Part shown: positions 24,551 through 34,771 of the stretch, piece after piece
Position numbering within the stretch: position 1 is the first letter of the stretch
How the letters are laid out: the number at the start of each line of letters is the position of its first letter
Source: an uncultured Acidobacteriota bacterium
GTDB lineage: Bacteria; Acidobacteriota; Polarisedimenticolia; J045
Assembly: GCA_963702425.1 (NCBI GenBank)
Contig: CAVPCQ010000037.1
Coordinates: forward strand, 64,001-128,000
DNA length: 64,000 nucleotides
Direction: 5' to 3'
Position numbers and translations under genes: made by a program
Notes under the pieces: model-generated
What the model saw: the letters and a program-made list of their open reading frames with translations, nothing else
What the model was told of the DNA's origin: nothing
The model's database searches: none

Positions 24551-24770
24551 CGCGCGCGCCGCAGGAGCCCGCGAGTGTTCCCTTTTGCCCGCGGGCAAGG
24601 GGCACCCGGGTGGGTGCGGCCGAAAGGGAGAGCCCGGGGGTCCGCGCGTCGAGGGGTGAGTTGGGGGCGGCGCCGCCGTGGCGCTGCACGGCGGCACTCC
24701 CCGGGACAACCAACAGCGGCGGAGGGCGTCCCACGCCCCCGCACGGCCATCGCTCCACGGAGGATCCAGC

Positions 24771-27605
24771 ATGTCCGTCCAGGAAACGCCTCGCGGTCCC
24801 GACAGCACGCCGCGCACCTCGACGGGCGCGAGCGCGGGCACCTATTCGAGCGGCCCGGTTCCGCGCCGCAATCGAGGCGGTTTCGCGCCCGGTCCGGGTC
24901 TCGTCGTCGAACGCCGGTTTACGGAACCCGGCGAGCAGCCGTTCGACCGGGTCGAGTGGGATCGGCGCACGGCCGGGATCAGTACCGAGAAGGGCGAGGC
25001 GGTCTTCGAGCAGGAGAACGTCGAGGTCCCGCGCTCGTGGTCGCAGACGGCGACCAACATCGTCGCCCAGAAGTACTTCCGCGGCACGCTCGGGACGCCG
25101 CAGCGCGAGCACTCGGTCCGCCAGCTGATCGGTCGCGTCGTCGGCGCCATCGTGCACTGGGGCGACGAAGGGGGCTACTTCCGCTCCGAGGTCGACTGCG
25201 ACGCGTTCCGCGACGAGCTGACCTACCTGCTGCTGCACCAGATGATGAGCTTCAACTCGCCGGTCTGGTTCAACTGCGGCGTCGAGGAGCACCCGCAGGT
25301 CTCGGCCTGCTTCATCAACAGCGTGCAGGACTCGATGACCTCGATCCTCGAGCTCGCCAAGACCGAGGGCATGCTGTTCAAGTTCGGATCGGGCACGGGA
25401 AGCAACCTGTCCGCGATCCGCTCCTCGCGCGAAGCCCTGTCGGGCGGCGGAACCGCGTCCGGACCGGTCTCGTTCATGAAGGGCTACGACGCGTTCGCCG
25501 GGGTCATCAAGTCGGGCGGCAAGACGCGACGCGCGGCGAAGATGGTGATCCTGAATGCCGATCACCCCGACATCGTCGACTTCATCGACAGCAAGGCGCG
25601 TGAAGAGCGCAAGGCGCACGTGCTGATCGACTCCGGCTACGACCCGGCCTTCAACGCGCCCGGCGGCGCCTACGACTCGGTCTTCTTCCAGAATGCCAAC
25701 CACTCGGTGCGCGTGACGGACGAGTTCATGCGCGCCGTCGCCGAGGACCGGAACTGGTCGACCCGCGCGGTGACCACCGGCGAGCCGGTCGAGACCTACA
25801 AGGCCCGCGACATGATGCGCCGCATCTCGCAGGCGGCGTGGGAGTGCGGCGATCCCGGCCTGCAGTTCGACACCACGATCAACACCTGGCACACCTGCAA
25901 AGCGACCGGCCGGATCAACGCCAGCAATCCGTGCTCGGAGTACATGTTCCTCGACGACACGGCCTGCAACCTGGCCTCGCTCAACCTGATGAAGTTCGTG
26001 CACCCCGACGGCCGGTTCGACGTCGAGGCGTTCCGCCACGCGGTCGGCATCACTCTCCTGGCCCAGGAAATCGTCGTCGACAGCGCGAGCTACCCGACCG
26101 CGCGGATCGGCGAGAACTCGTTCGCCTTCCGGCCGCTCGGGCTGGGCTACGCCAACCTCGGCGCGATGCTGATGTCGCTGGGACTGCCGTACGACTCGGA
26201 GGCGGGGCGGGCCGCGGCGGCGGCCGTGACCGCGCTGATGTGCGGCGAGGCCTACGCCACGTCGGCGCGCTGCGCGCGGGACCACGGCGGGCCGTTCGCG
26301 GCCTTCCCCGAGAACCGCGCCCCGATGCTCGAAGTCATCGCGCGCCACCGCCTGCACGCGGAGGCGCTCCCCGAGGACCTGGCCCCGCGCGCGATCCTGA
26401 CGGCGGCGCGCGACGCCTGGCGGCAGGCCGAGGAACTCGGAGCCCAGCACGGGATCCGCAACTCGCAGGTCACGGTGCTCGCGCCGACCGGCACGATCGC
26501 CTTCATGATGGACTGCGACACGACCGGCATCGAGCCCGACATCGCGCTCGTCAAGTACAAGAAGCTCGTCGGCGGCGGGATGATCAAGATCGTCAACAAC
26601 ACGGTCCCGGTCTCCCTGCGCCGGCTCAACTACTCGATCGACCAGATCCAGGAGATCCTCGACTACATCGAGGCCAACGGGACGATCGAGGGGGCGCCGC
26701 ACCTGCGCGAGGAGCACGTTCCGGTCTTCGACTGCGCTTTCCGCGCGCCGAACGGCTCGCGCTCGATCGCCTGGATGGGCCACCTCAAGATGATGGCCGC
26801 GGCGCAGCCGTTCCTCTCCGGCGCGATCAGCAAGACGGCGAACCTGCCCGAGGACGCGACCGTCGAGGACGTCGAGAAGGCGTACATCGAGGCCTGGCGG
26901 ATGGGCCTGAAGGCCGTCGCGATCTACCGCGACGGCTGCAAGCGGACCCAGCCGCTGTCGACGAGTTCCGGCACGGGGGACGCCAAGGAGAAGATCACGG
27001 CCATCGAGTACCGGCCGATGCGCCGCCGCCTCCCGGACGAGCGGCCGGCGGTGACGCACAAGTTCTCGGTCGCCGGTCACGAGGGGTACATCACGGTCGG
27101 GCTCTACCCCGAGACCCGGCAGCCGGGCGAGATCTTCGTGCTGATGGCCAAGCAGGGCTCGGTCGTCTCCGGTCTGACGGACGCCTTTGCCACCGCGATC
27201 TCGATGTCGTTGCAGTACGGCGTGCCGCTCAAGGTGCTGGTCGACAAGTACAGCCACATGCGCTTCGAGCCGTCGGGATACACGAACAGCAAGGAGATCC
27301 CGATCGCGAAGTCGATCGTGGACTACATGTTCCGCTGGCTCGCGTTGCGCTTCCTGCACGAGATGCCGGACGACAAGGCCGAGGCGAAGGCCGCGGCTGG
27401 AACCTCGGAGCGGGCCTTCGGCCTGACCCTCGAGGACGAGGCCGCGCGGGCCGATGCGCGGGCGATCGCGATGGAACACCAGGAGAAGGAGGTCTTCCGC
27501 GCCTCGTCCGATGCGCCGCCGTGTTTCGAGTGCGGCCAGATCATGGTGCGCAACGGCGCCTGCTACGCGTGTACCAACTGCGGTTCGACCTCGGGCTGCT
27601 CCTGA
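24771..27605 (+). CDS. nrdJ: Vitamin B12-dependent (class II) ribonucleotide reductase with C-terminal TSCPD/Zn domain
   Basis: FNSPVWFN, SACFI, ASNPCSEY, ACNLASLNL, APTGTI, C-terminal CFECG...CTNCGSTSGCS; GGAGG RBS. Confidence 0.96.
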   Translation: MSVQETPRGPDSTPRTSTGASAGTYSSGPVPRRNRGGFAPGPGLVVERRFTEPGEQPFDRVEWDRRTAGISTEKGEAVFEQENVEVPRSWSQTATNIVAQKYFRGTLGTPQREHSVRQLIGRVVGAIVHWGDEGGYFRSEVDCDAFRDELTYLLLHQMMSFNSPVWFNCGVEEHPQVSACFINSVQDSMTSILELAKTEGMLFKFGSGTGSNLSAIRSSREALSGGGTASGPVSFMKGYDAFAGVIKSGGKTRRAAKMVILNADHPDIVDFIDSKAREERKAHVLIDSGYDPAFNAPGGAYDSVFFQNANHSVRVTDEFMRAVAEDRNWSTRAVTTGEPVETYKARDMMRRISQAAWECGDPGLQFDTTINTWHTCKATGRINASNPCSEYMFLDDTACNLASLNLMKFVHPDGRFDVEAFRHAVGITLLAQEIVVDSASYPTARIGENSFAFRPLGLGYANLGAMLMSLGLPYDSEAGRAAAAAVTALMCGEAYATSARCARDHGGPFAAFPENRAPMLEVIARHRLHAEALPEDLAPRAILTAARDAWRQAEELGAQHGIRNSQVTVLAPTGTIAFMMDCDTTGIEPDIALVKYKKLVGGGMIKIVNNTVPVSLRRLNYSIDQIQEILDYIEANGTIEGAPHLREEHVPVFDCAFRAPNGSRSIAWMGHLKMMAAAQPFLSGAISKTANLPEDATVEDVEKAYIEAWRMGLKAVAIYRDGCKRTQPLSTSSGTGDAKEKITAIEYRPMRRRLPDERPAVTHKFSVAGHEGYITVGLYPETRQPGEIFVLMAKQGSVVSGLTDAFATAISMSLQYGVPLKVLVDKYSHMRFEPSGYTNSKEIPIAKSIVDYMFRWLALRFLHEMPDDKAEAKAAAGTSERAFGLTLEDEAARADARAIAMEHQEKEVFRASSDAPPCFECGQIMVRNGACYACTNCGSTSGCS

Positions 27606-27832
27606 TCCTCCCCCGCTGACCCTCGCCGGGCTCTCCTCCCGGCGCCCCCCAGGGGAGGGAGCCGCCGGTGCGCCGGCGGCTCCCTCTCTCTTCGGCAGCC
27701 CGCTCACCGACCGCATTCAAATCGAGCACGAATCCGTCAGGCGGTGTACCAAAACCGGGCATGGAATTCCCCGTCCTCGCCCGGCGGAACCGTAAGCGAC
27801 TTATTTGCAAGGTCTTATGGGAAGAGTCTCGC

Positions 27833-27848
27833 TGGCACGCGGGATGCT
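27833..27848 (+). promoter_or_regulatory. sigma54 (-24/-12) promoter
   Basis: TGGCACGCGGGATGCT, GG-N10-GC spacing. Confidence 0.7.
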
Positions 27849-27858
27849 CTATCCGGGG

Positions 27859-27981
27859 TGCCAGCGGACGGGAGACTGCGGGCACCGGGATGGTCCCGGG
27901 AGCTTGCGGGTCGGGCTCTCCCGTCCGCCCCTTTCACCATGGCAGAAAAAAGCGGCGGCCGAGAGGCCGCCGTTTCACTTT
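27859..27981 (+). ncRNA. Candidate sigma54-dependent sRNA (~120 nt)
   Basis: 12-bp perfect stem GCGGACGGGAGA/TCTCCCGTCCGC (27864-27875/27917-27928), CCCTTTCACC linker, terminator 27951-27981. Confidence 0.55.
27945..27981. terminator. Bidirectional intrinsic terminator
   Basis: AAAAAA-GCGGCGGCC-gaga-GGCCGCCGT-TTCACTTT. Confidence 0.75.
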
Positions 27982-28026
27982 CCGCGCTCCACGCCGGCCG
28001 GGCGGTCGTTCCCGCCCGAGCGACCG

Positions 28027-28674
28027 TCACTCGTGATCGTGGGCCAGCGCGGAGAACATCCCGGGCGCGATCCGCACGACCTGGCCGAGGCTGACCGTGA
28101 TGAGGCGGCCGGCGGTGATCGCCCGGATCTGGTGCGGCGTGTGCTGGGGGACGGTCACGCTCAGGACGTTCCCGTCGGCGGAGATCTGGTGCGGGGTGTC
28201 GCCAACCATGATCTCGAAGCTGCCCTCGACCGCGATGAAGACCTGGGGAACCTTGTGGGCGTGGGTCGAGAAGCGCGCCTCGGCGGCCTTGGCGCGCAGC
28301 AGCGCGACCTGGAAGCTGCCGTCGGGCGAGGTCGAGAGGTGGCGCAGGCTGTAGTCCGGCGACTCGAAAACGTCCTTGCGCGCCTCGATGAACGGCTGGT
28401 TGAACTCCTCGGTCGGCGTCAGGTCGTCGAAGATCGAGTGGAAGAAGTGGCGCGTGTCGTCGGAAGCCCGCGCCCGGTAAGCCGCGAAAAGCAGCTCCCG
28501 CCGGTCGAGGCCGAGCGCGTCGGCCAACCGCAGCACCACGCCGTCGCCGGGGATCTTTCCGTCGTTCTCGATCTGGACGATGTAAGGCTGGGTGACGGCG
28601 ACCTTCTCGGCCAACTGCTTTTTGTTCAGTCCCAGGCGTTCGCGGTGGAAACGGACGATCTCGGCAAAGGTCAT
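28027..28674 (-). CDS. XRE-family HTH regulator with C-terminal cupin domain
   Basis: LNKKQLAEKVAVTQPYIVQIEN HTH; HAH...EG...PHQ cupin motifs. Confidence 0.85.
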   Translation of the reverse strand: MTFAEIVRFHRERLGLNKKQLAEKVAVTQPYIVQIENDGKIPGDGVVLRLADALGLDRRELLFAAYRARASDDTRHFFHSIFDDLTPTEEFNQPFIEARKDVFESPDYSLRHLSTSPDGSFQVALLRAKAAEARFSTHAHKVPQVFIAVEGSFEIMVGDTPHQISADGNVLSVTVPQHTPHQIRAITAGRLITVSLGQVVRIAPGMFSALAHDHE

Positions 28675-29240
28675 GGCGGTGACCCCCCTCGCGGAAACTG
28701 TTGGTAAGGCACTAGCAAGTTAGCCGAAGAGCGCGCGATGAGTCAAGCCTGGTCAGACGAGAAAATTAGGCAGCCGGGTAAGCCCCGGAGAGCGCCGGGT
28801 TACGGCGCGATTCCCTCGGCTAAGCCAGTCGGCGCCGGAGGGGGACGCCGACAACGCCCGGCGCGCCCGAGGAGCCCCCGCGAACGCTTCGTGACGCCAG
28901 CGAACAAGCGGCCCCTCGCGCCGCACGGCCTCGACCATCGTCCCCGGCGGACGAGCGCGGCGATTGCTTCGATCGAGCCGCGGGGCGGGAAATCGCGGCG
29001 CGGCAGCGGCACCTGGCGCGTGAATCGTCCGGGCCACGGCTTCCAGGGCCGCCGCGAAGCGTAAGGGGCGGCAAAACCGCAAACCCGAAACTCCGGCAAG
29101 CAACTCGACCGCGACCGGTTTCTCGAGCCGGTCGAGGTCCTCGCGGAACTCGCGCGCGCACCAGGGGGCCCTCGAGGCGTGATCCTCTATACTGCCCCGC
29201 TTTGGGGCCGCCTCCGCGGCCCGTGCGGGAGCCTTGAAGC

Positions 29241-30557
29241 GTGTCGAACGTCGCGGTGATCGGGGCCCAGTGGGGCGACGAAGGGAAGGGGAAGATCGTC
29301 GACTTCCTCGCCCCCCACTTCACCATCGTGGCGCGCTACCAGGGCGGCCCGAACGCCGGCCACACCGTGGTCTTCGGTGGCGTGCGCCATGCGTTGCACC
29401 ACATCCCGTCCGGGATCTTCCACGACGGCGTGCTCTGCCTGATCGGCGGCGGCGCGCTGGTCGATCCGGACAAGATCCTCGAGGAGATCGACGGGCTGCG
29501 CGCCGCGGGGATCACGCCCGAGGGGCGGCTGCGGATCTCTTCGCGCGCGCACGTGATCCTGCCGCTGCACCGCGAGCTGGACGCGGCGAAGGAGCTGCGG
29601 CTCGGCGCGGCGGCGATCGGGACCACGAAGAAGGGGATCGGCCCGGCCTACGGCGCGAAAGTGGAGCGCTGGGGCGTGCGGCTGATCGACCTCGCCGACC
29701 CGCCCGAGGTGGCCGACCGGCTGCAGCACGCGCTCGACGCCGGCCTCGCGGACTGGCTGCGGGTGCTCGACGCGAAGATCCCCGACCTGGACCAGGTCCA
29801 ACGGCAGGCCGCGGCGTGGTGGGAGCGGCTCGCACCGTTCGCAGGGAACGTGCGAAGTGCGCTCTCCGGCGCGCTCGGCAGCGGGGCCCCGATCCTCTTC
29901 GAGGGCGCGCAGGGGGCGCTGCTCGACGTCGATTTCGGCACCTACCCGTTCGTCACCTCGTCGAGCACGATGGCCGGCGGGATCCCGGCCGGCCTCGGTG
30001 TGCCGCCGCGGGCGGTGGAAAAGGTGATCGGCGTCTCCAAGGCCTACGCCACGCGCGTCGGCAGCGGGCCGTTCCCGACCGAGGACACCGGGACGGTGGG
30101 CGCGGCACTCCGCGAGCGCGGCCACGAGTTCGGGACCACCACCGGCCGGCCACGGCGCTGCGGCTGGTTCGACGCGGTCGCGATGCGGCTGGCGGTCGAG
30201 GTCAGCGGACTCGACGCGATTGCGCTGACCAAGTTCGACGTGCTGTCGGGGCTCGACCCGATCCGCCTGGCCGTGGCCTACGAGATCGACGGGGAGCGCC
30301 GGACCGAGATGCCGCTGACCGCCAAGGAGCTGGCGCGGGCGATCCCCGTCTACGAGGACTGGCCGGGCTGGGCGGAGGAGGTGCGCGGCGCCCTGCGCCT
30401 GGCGGACCTGCCGCGCGCGGCCCGCCGGGTGCTCGATCGGATCGCCGAGATCTCGGGGACGCCGGTCGGGATGATCTCGACCGGACCGGACCGCGAGGAG
30501 ACGATCGTGGTCGAGGGGCTGGTGCAGGAGATCGTGGAGGCCGGGGGCCGCCGGTGA
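29241..30557 (+). CDS. purA: Adenylosuccinate synthetase
   Basis: GAQWGDEGKGK, GPNAGHT, EGAQG, GTYPFVTSS, TTGRPRRCGWFD. Confidence 0.97.
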   Translation: MSNVAVIGAQWGDEGKGKIVDFLAPHFTIVARYQGGPNAGHTVVFGGVRHALHHIPSGIFHDGVLCLIGGGALVDPDKILEEIDGLRAAGITPEGRLRISSRAHVILPLHRELDAAKELRLGAAAIGTTKKGIGPAYGAKVERWGVRLIDLADPPEVADRLQHALDAGLADWLRVLDAKIPDLDQVQRQAAAWWERLAPFAGNVRSALSGALGSGAPILFEGAQGALLDVDFGTYPFVTSSSTMAGGIPAGLGVPPRAVEKVIGVSKAYATRVGSGPFPTEDTGTVGAALRERGHEFGTTTGRPRRCGWFDAVAMRLAVEVSGLDAIALTKFDVLSGLDPIRLAVAYEIDGERRTEMPLTAKELARAIPVYEDWPGWAEEVRGALRLADLPRAARRVLDRIAEISGTPVGMISTGPDREETIVVEGLVQEIVEAGGRR

Positions 30558-30757
30558 GCGTCGTGGAGTCGACGCTCCCGTGCGCGCTGGTCGAGGGGCG
30601 CGACGCAGCGGAGTGGGTCGTGTCGCGGCTCGCAGAGGCCGGGATCGAGGCTACGCTGCATGAGCCCGGCGAGCGCTACCACGACGTCGGGCCCGGCCGG
30701 TTCGAGGTCCGGGTTCCGGCGACGCAGGTCGCGCGGGCTCGCGTGCTGCTGGGCTGA
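30554..30757 (+). CDS. Small DUF2007-like hypothetical protein
   Basis: GTG overlaps purA stop; AEWVVSRLAEAGIEA...EVRVP..ARARVLL pattern. Confidence 0.65.
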   Translation: MSVVESTLPCALVEGRDAAEWVVSRLAEAGIEATLHEPGERYHDVGPGRFEVRVPATQVARARVLLG

Positions 30758-30771
30758 CGCCCGCCCGGTCC

Positions 30772-31584
30772 TCAGAAGATCTCGGCGAAGAAATCCCTCA
30801 TCGCGCGCCAGGCCCGCTTGGCGGCCGTCTCGTTGTAGGCCGCGCCGCGCGAGGGATCGACGCCGGCCTTGGGGTTGGTGAACGAGTGGACGGCGCCACC
30901 GTAGGCGACCAGTTGCCAGTCGACCTTGCCGCGGCGCATCTCATCCTCGAAGGCGGTCACCTCGGGCGGCGGCACGAGCGGGTCGTCCGCGCCGTGCAGC
31001 ACCAGCACCTTCCCCCTGATCGCCTTCGCGTCTGCCGGGTCCGGCGTGTCGAGGCCGCCGTGGAAGCTGACGACGCCGGCCACCGGCGCCCCGCTGCGGG
31101 CCAGCTCCAGCACGGTGGTGCCGCCGAAGCAGAAGCCGATCGCGGCCAGCTTCCCCGGCGCGACCTGCGGCTGCTTCGCGAGCGTCTCGAGGCCGGCGCG
31201 GGCGCGCGCGCGCATCTCGGCCCGGTTCCCCTTGAGGGCCCCGGCGAGCCGGCCCGCCTCCTCCTGGTCCGCGGCGATCAGCCCGTCGCCGTACATATCG
31301 ACCGCCAGCGCGACGTAGCCAAGCTCGGCCAGCTCCTGGGCCTTCTTCTTGGCGAAATCGCCGAGTCCCATCCAGTCGGGCACGACCAGCACGCCCGGCC
31401 GCTGGCCCGGCTTGGCGTCGTCGTAGGCGAGGTAGCCGATCAGCGTCGTCTCGCCGGCCTCGTACTCGACCGCGCGGGTCACGACCGCGGCCGACGCGGG
31501 CGGGGCCGCGAGGCCGGCGAGCAGGGCGAGAGCGGCCTGGGAGGCGAGGGTCGTCCGGGTGAGAGCGGGCAGCGCGCGACGCAT
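30772..31584 (-). CDS. Secreted dienelactone hydrolase family protein
   Basis: Signal peptide; GFCFGG nucleophile elbow, HGADDP, HSFTNP. Confidence 0.92.
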   Translation of the reverse strand: MRRALPALTRTTLASQAALALLAGLAAPPASAAVVTRAVEYEAGETTLIGYLAYDDAKPGQRPGVLVVPDWMGLGDFAKKKAQELAELGYVALAVDMYGDGLIAADQEEAGRLAGALKGNRAEMRARARAGLETLAKQPQVAPGKLAAIGFCFGGTTVLELARSGAPVAGVVSFHGGLDTPDPADAKAIRGKVLVLHGADDPLVPPPEVTAFEDEMRRGKVDWQLVAYGGAVHSFTNPKAGVDPSRGAAYNETAAKRAWRAMRDFFAEIF

Positions 31585-31694
31585 GGTTCCTCCTCGGCCG
31601 GAGCGGCGCGGTGGCCCCGGGCATCGGAGAATACCCTCGCCGGCGCCGGCCTACCCGCCGGCCGGCGGACAGGTACACTGGTTCCTCGCCCTCG

Positions 31695-31734
31695 TGGGCC
31701 GTTAGCTCAGTCGGTAGAGCAGCGGACTTTTAAT
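31695..31734 (+). repeat. Left att site: copy of the 5' half of tRNA-Lys up to the anticodon loop
   Basis: TGGGCCGTTAGCTCAGTCGGTAGAGCAGCGGACTTTTAAT, identical to 42933-42972. Confidence 0.95.
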
Positions 31735-31749
31735 GCATTTGACACGTCG

Positions 31750-31787
31750 GCGGCAACTTGGCTCACCTCAGCAAGTTGCCGCTTTTT
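31750..31787 (+). terminator. Intrinsic terminator just inside the left att site
   Basis: GCGGCAACTTG...CAAGTTGCCGC-TTTTT. Confidence 0.75.
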
Positions 31788-31801
31788 CTATCAGATAGCC
31801 C

Positions 31802-31869
31802 GTCACCGAGTGTCACCGAGTGTCACGAAACGCACCCCGTTTCTGGAAAACGTGACACGATTGGACACG
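31802..31869. repeat. Putative integrase arm-type sites
   Basis: GTCACCGAGT tandem copies; 23-bp CGTTTCTGGAAAACGTGACACGA at 31838-31860 repeated at 42881-42903, each followed by NNGGACACG. Confidence 0.7.
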
Positions 31870-32559
31870 ACCGAGAGCAGCGGATTCGATCCGCGGACGC
31901 GACCTAGGCCGTATGCATATGGCCTGAAAAGGACGGCCCGACCGTGGACAGCGGCCGGGCCCTAACAGCGCGATCGGGCGAAAGGACGATTCCACGCGTT
32001 GACAACGATATCAGATCGGGAGCACTCTGCGTGCGATCGAACATGCCGTGGACAGCGGCAGAAAGGACGATCCCCATGGATGACCACCCCAGACTTGAAT
32101 CAGAAGCTGAGGCCCTTGCACGGTTCCGCGCGGCTTTCGGCACCCCCGAGGAGATGTTCGCGCTAGGGCCTGGCGTCGGTCTGCGCGATCATGGACGCGG
32201 AGGAGCGGGGCGAGACCACCGCGTCACCGTCGGAGTTCCTGGCAAGGCACCCGGAAGTCGTGCGCGTGATCGCCCGCAAGGCCCGCGAGGCCGCGGCTGA
32301 GTTCCACGCGCGACGAGTGCCGGTCCGTCCCCCGATAGTGCGCCGGATGATTCGCTGCGCTCCCCGCCGGCTAGCTGTCAGGAGTCACCGAAGGGCCGCC
32401 CGGGCGCTCCAGAAGACCGGCACCGACGACGACGGCCCCGAACCTGACCCAGCCGCTCGGCTGGGGTTCTTTCCTGACAACCTGTCCCCGGTAGCCGCGG
32501 CCGTCGTCGTCGTCTATCTGGCCGCGTCCCTGGTGGGCTTCGCTGTCGGCTCCGCGCTG

Positions 32560-32746
32560 GCCTGGTGTTGCAGTGACGGCAGCCTGTTGAACCTGGCGAA
32601 GCCGCGGAGCGGCTGCGGTGTTAGGTCTCCTGGTACGCAAGCTGTCGCGGGTCGGGCAGCTAGAAACGGTACTGATAGGGCGCCTGCCGCGCTACACAGA
32701 AGCCGCGCTAGACGACTACGTACAGCGCAGCACGAAGCGCGTCTAG
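32560..32746 (+). pseudogene. Excisionase-like HTH remnant
   Basis: Reconstructed LLNL.EAAERLRC*VS.VRKLSRVGQLETVLIGRLPRYTEAALDDYVQR across two frameshifts and a TAG. Confidence 0.65.
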
Positions 32747-32975
32747 ACCTGGCAGTCGCGCGGCGCAGAGGTGCGAGGTGAGCGCGGCCGCGTCTAGTCC
32801 ACGCGCCCCCGCCCCGTCTTCCAGCTGGTCCACTCTTCCAGCGGGCAGCAGATCTAGGAGCTGCGCGTGGCAGATGCGAGGCTAGCTGGCGTAGAGGCAG
32901 CGCTGGCAGGCGGCGATCTGGCTCTCGCGCAACGGCTGGTTCGCTAGGCGCTAGACGACTGGCAGCGGTGTCGCG

Positions 32976-34392
32976 ATGACGGCACTCGCCGCGGACAGCG
33001 TGCACGAAGTCGGCAGGGCGGTACTGGCTAGCGTACTGGTAGGCGAGCGAGCGCGGCTGGACAAGATCTAGAGTAGCACTTCTCGCGCGAGCTGGCAGCA
33101 GTCTGGTAGACAGACGTAACCTGCAACGGGCAGACGGGGAAATAGACAAGTGGCTCTGATGACCTGCGCGAACCTGAACGAGGAATAAGTCGCCGCCCTG
33201 GTAGGCGCAGACGAGCGCCACCTGATACTGTCCGCGGCGGCGGGCGTGGAGAAGCTGGCAGAGTACTTGCGCAGAAGAGAGGTAGCTAGGCTGGCAGAGA
33301 CGTTCCGCGAGCGATTCCTAGACGGCGACGGAGAAGAGACGTGGACGCGCTGCTGGCCGCTCACGATGCCGCCGTCCGCCGGCCGGACACGCTCGCGCTC
33401 GTCTCACCGGCAGAGCTGGCGCCGCCACGAGCCGGTACAGTGGATCATACCGCACTACGTCGCCACGGGCAGACGTGACGCTACTCGCCGGCGACGCGGG
33501 CAGCGGGAAGACATGGCTCACAGAGAACTGGGCTCTAGAGGTAGCTCTGCGCGGTGAGAAGGTACTGGAGTGGCAGGCAGAGCACGAGCTCCGGCTGGCG
33601 TCTCTGCGGGTACACAAGCTGCTAGGCGGCGCTGGCGCCGCTACGGAGGCAGTCGCTTAGTGGCGGTTACTGATACAGCCTGACCTCGACTCTCGACAGA
33701 TGCCGGCCTCGCGGCTCTCCGCGCTCTGATAGAACGCGAGCGCTCCGCTCTGGTAGTCTTCGATTCTCTGGTATGCGTCATGGGCAGCGCTAACGAGGAC
33801 AAGGCAGAGGAGGTCTCGGCGTTCTTAGGCAGCGTGTTCGTTCAGATCGCTAGGGACTACGGCTGCGGCGTCCTGGTACTGCACCACTTGCGGAAGCAGT
33901 CCGGGTCAGACGATAGCGGCAGCCTCCAGCACAAGGTCCGCGGCTCCTCCGATCTGCGCGCCGCCGTCGGGTACGTCCTGGTACTAGACCGCAACGGCGA
34001 GACGAGCACCTCTGGCAGACGAAATGCCGCTGGCAGCCAGAACAGCCGCTCGTCGGAATCCAGATCGAGGAGTGGACCACGGCGTCCGGGTCTCTGTCAA
34101 GGGCGCTGCAGACGCAGAGGTACTGATACTGAACAGCCTCGCAGATGCCGGACGGGCAGGGATGCTGCGCACGGAGCTGCGAGACCTGCTGGCAGAGCAC
34201 GGCGTCCGGGATACAGATAAGGCAGCGACGAGGACTCTCGGCTCTCTGAAGCGTAAGCGTCGCGTTGCGTGCACGGATACGGCAAGGCCGGGACAGCTAC
34301 TGGCTCCGCGACCACGCTCCGAAAGAAGCGCTGGAGGCGTCCGAGTGAGCTCAGAATACGGACACAACACGGACACTTTCACGGACAGATAA
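32976..34392 (+). pseudogene. AAA/RepA-like replicative helicase remnant
   Basis: Walker A GDAGSGKT, Walker B LVVFDSL, VLHHLRK...VRGSSDL; internal stops and frameshifts; start uncertain. Confidence 0.75.
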
Positions 34393-34460
34393 GAATACGG
34401 ACAGCTACTAGGCATAGCCGTATACACGCACGGACAGAGTACGGACAGATAAAAGGACAT
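34358..34460 (+). repeat. Iteron-like cluster (putative origin of replication)
   Basis: Six ACGGACA copies at 34358, 34369, 34381, 34397, 34430 and 34441. Confidence 0.7.
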
Positions 34461-34771
34461 ACGCTCGGAGGCGGGAGGCTCGCTGCCGCTCGCGCCGTCC
34501 CGCCACCGGGCAGACGTTATGTCGGGCGAATAGTGATCGTCTACAGGCACCGCGAGGCAGGGCGCATGACAGTCCCTTTCAATGCAGAAACACCCAATAG
34601 ATATAACGGTTCAGTGTAGATTTGGGTGGGCGCGGGCTTCTACATCGCCGCCCCTGAAAAAACGAACCTGTCCGCGGCCGCTGTTTTTTCTGAACCTGTC
34701 CGCGAGCAACGGCAGACGACACATTTGCACGCGCGGGTAAGTAAGGATACAGCTCTGAGAGGAGGCACCAC

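Noticed and set aside
29060-29105. c-di-GMP-I riboswitch
   Set aside because: GGCAAA and GCAAA are present, but the GAAA-capped stem between them is missing.
31802-34460. CRISPR array
   Set aside because: Repeats are 7-23 bp with no regular unique spacers and no cas genes; att arms and iterons fit better.
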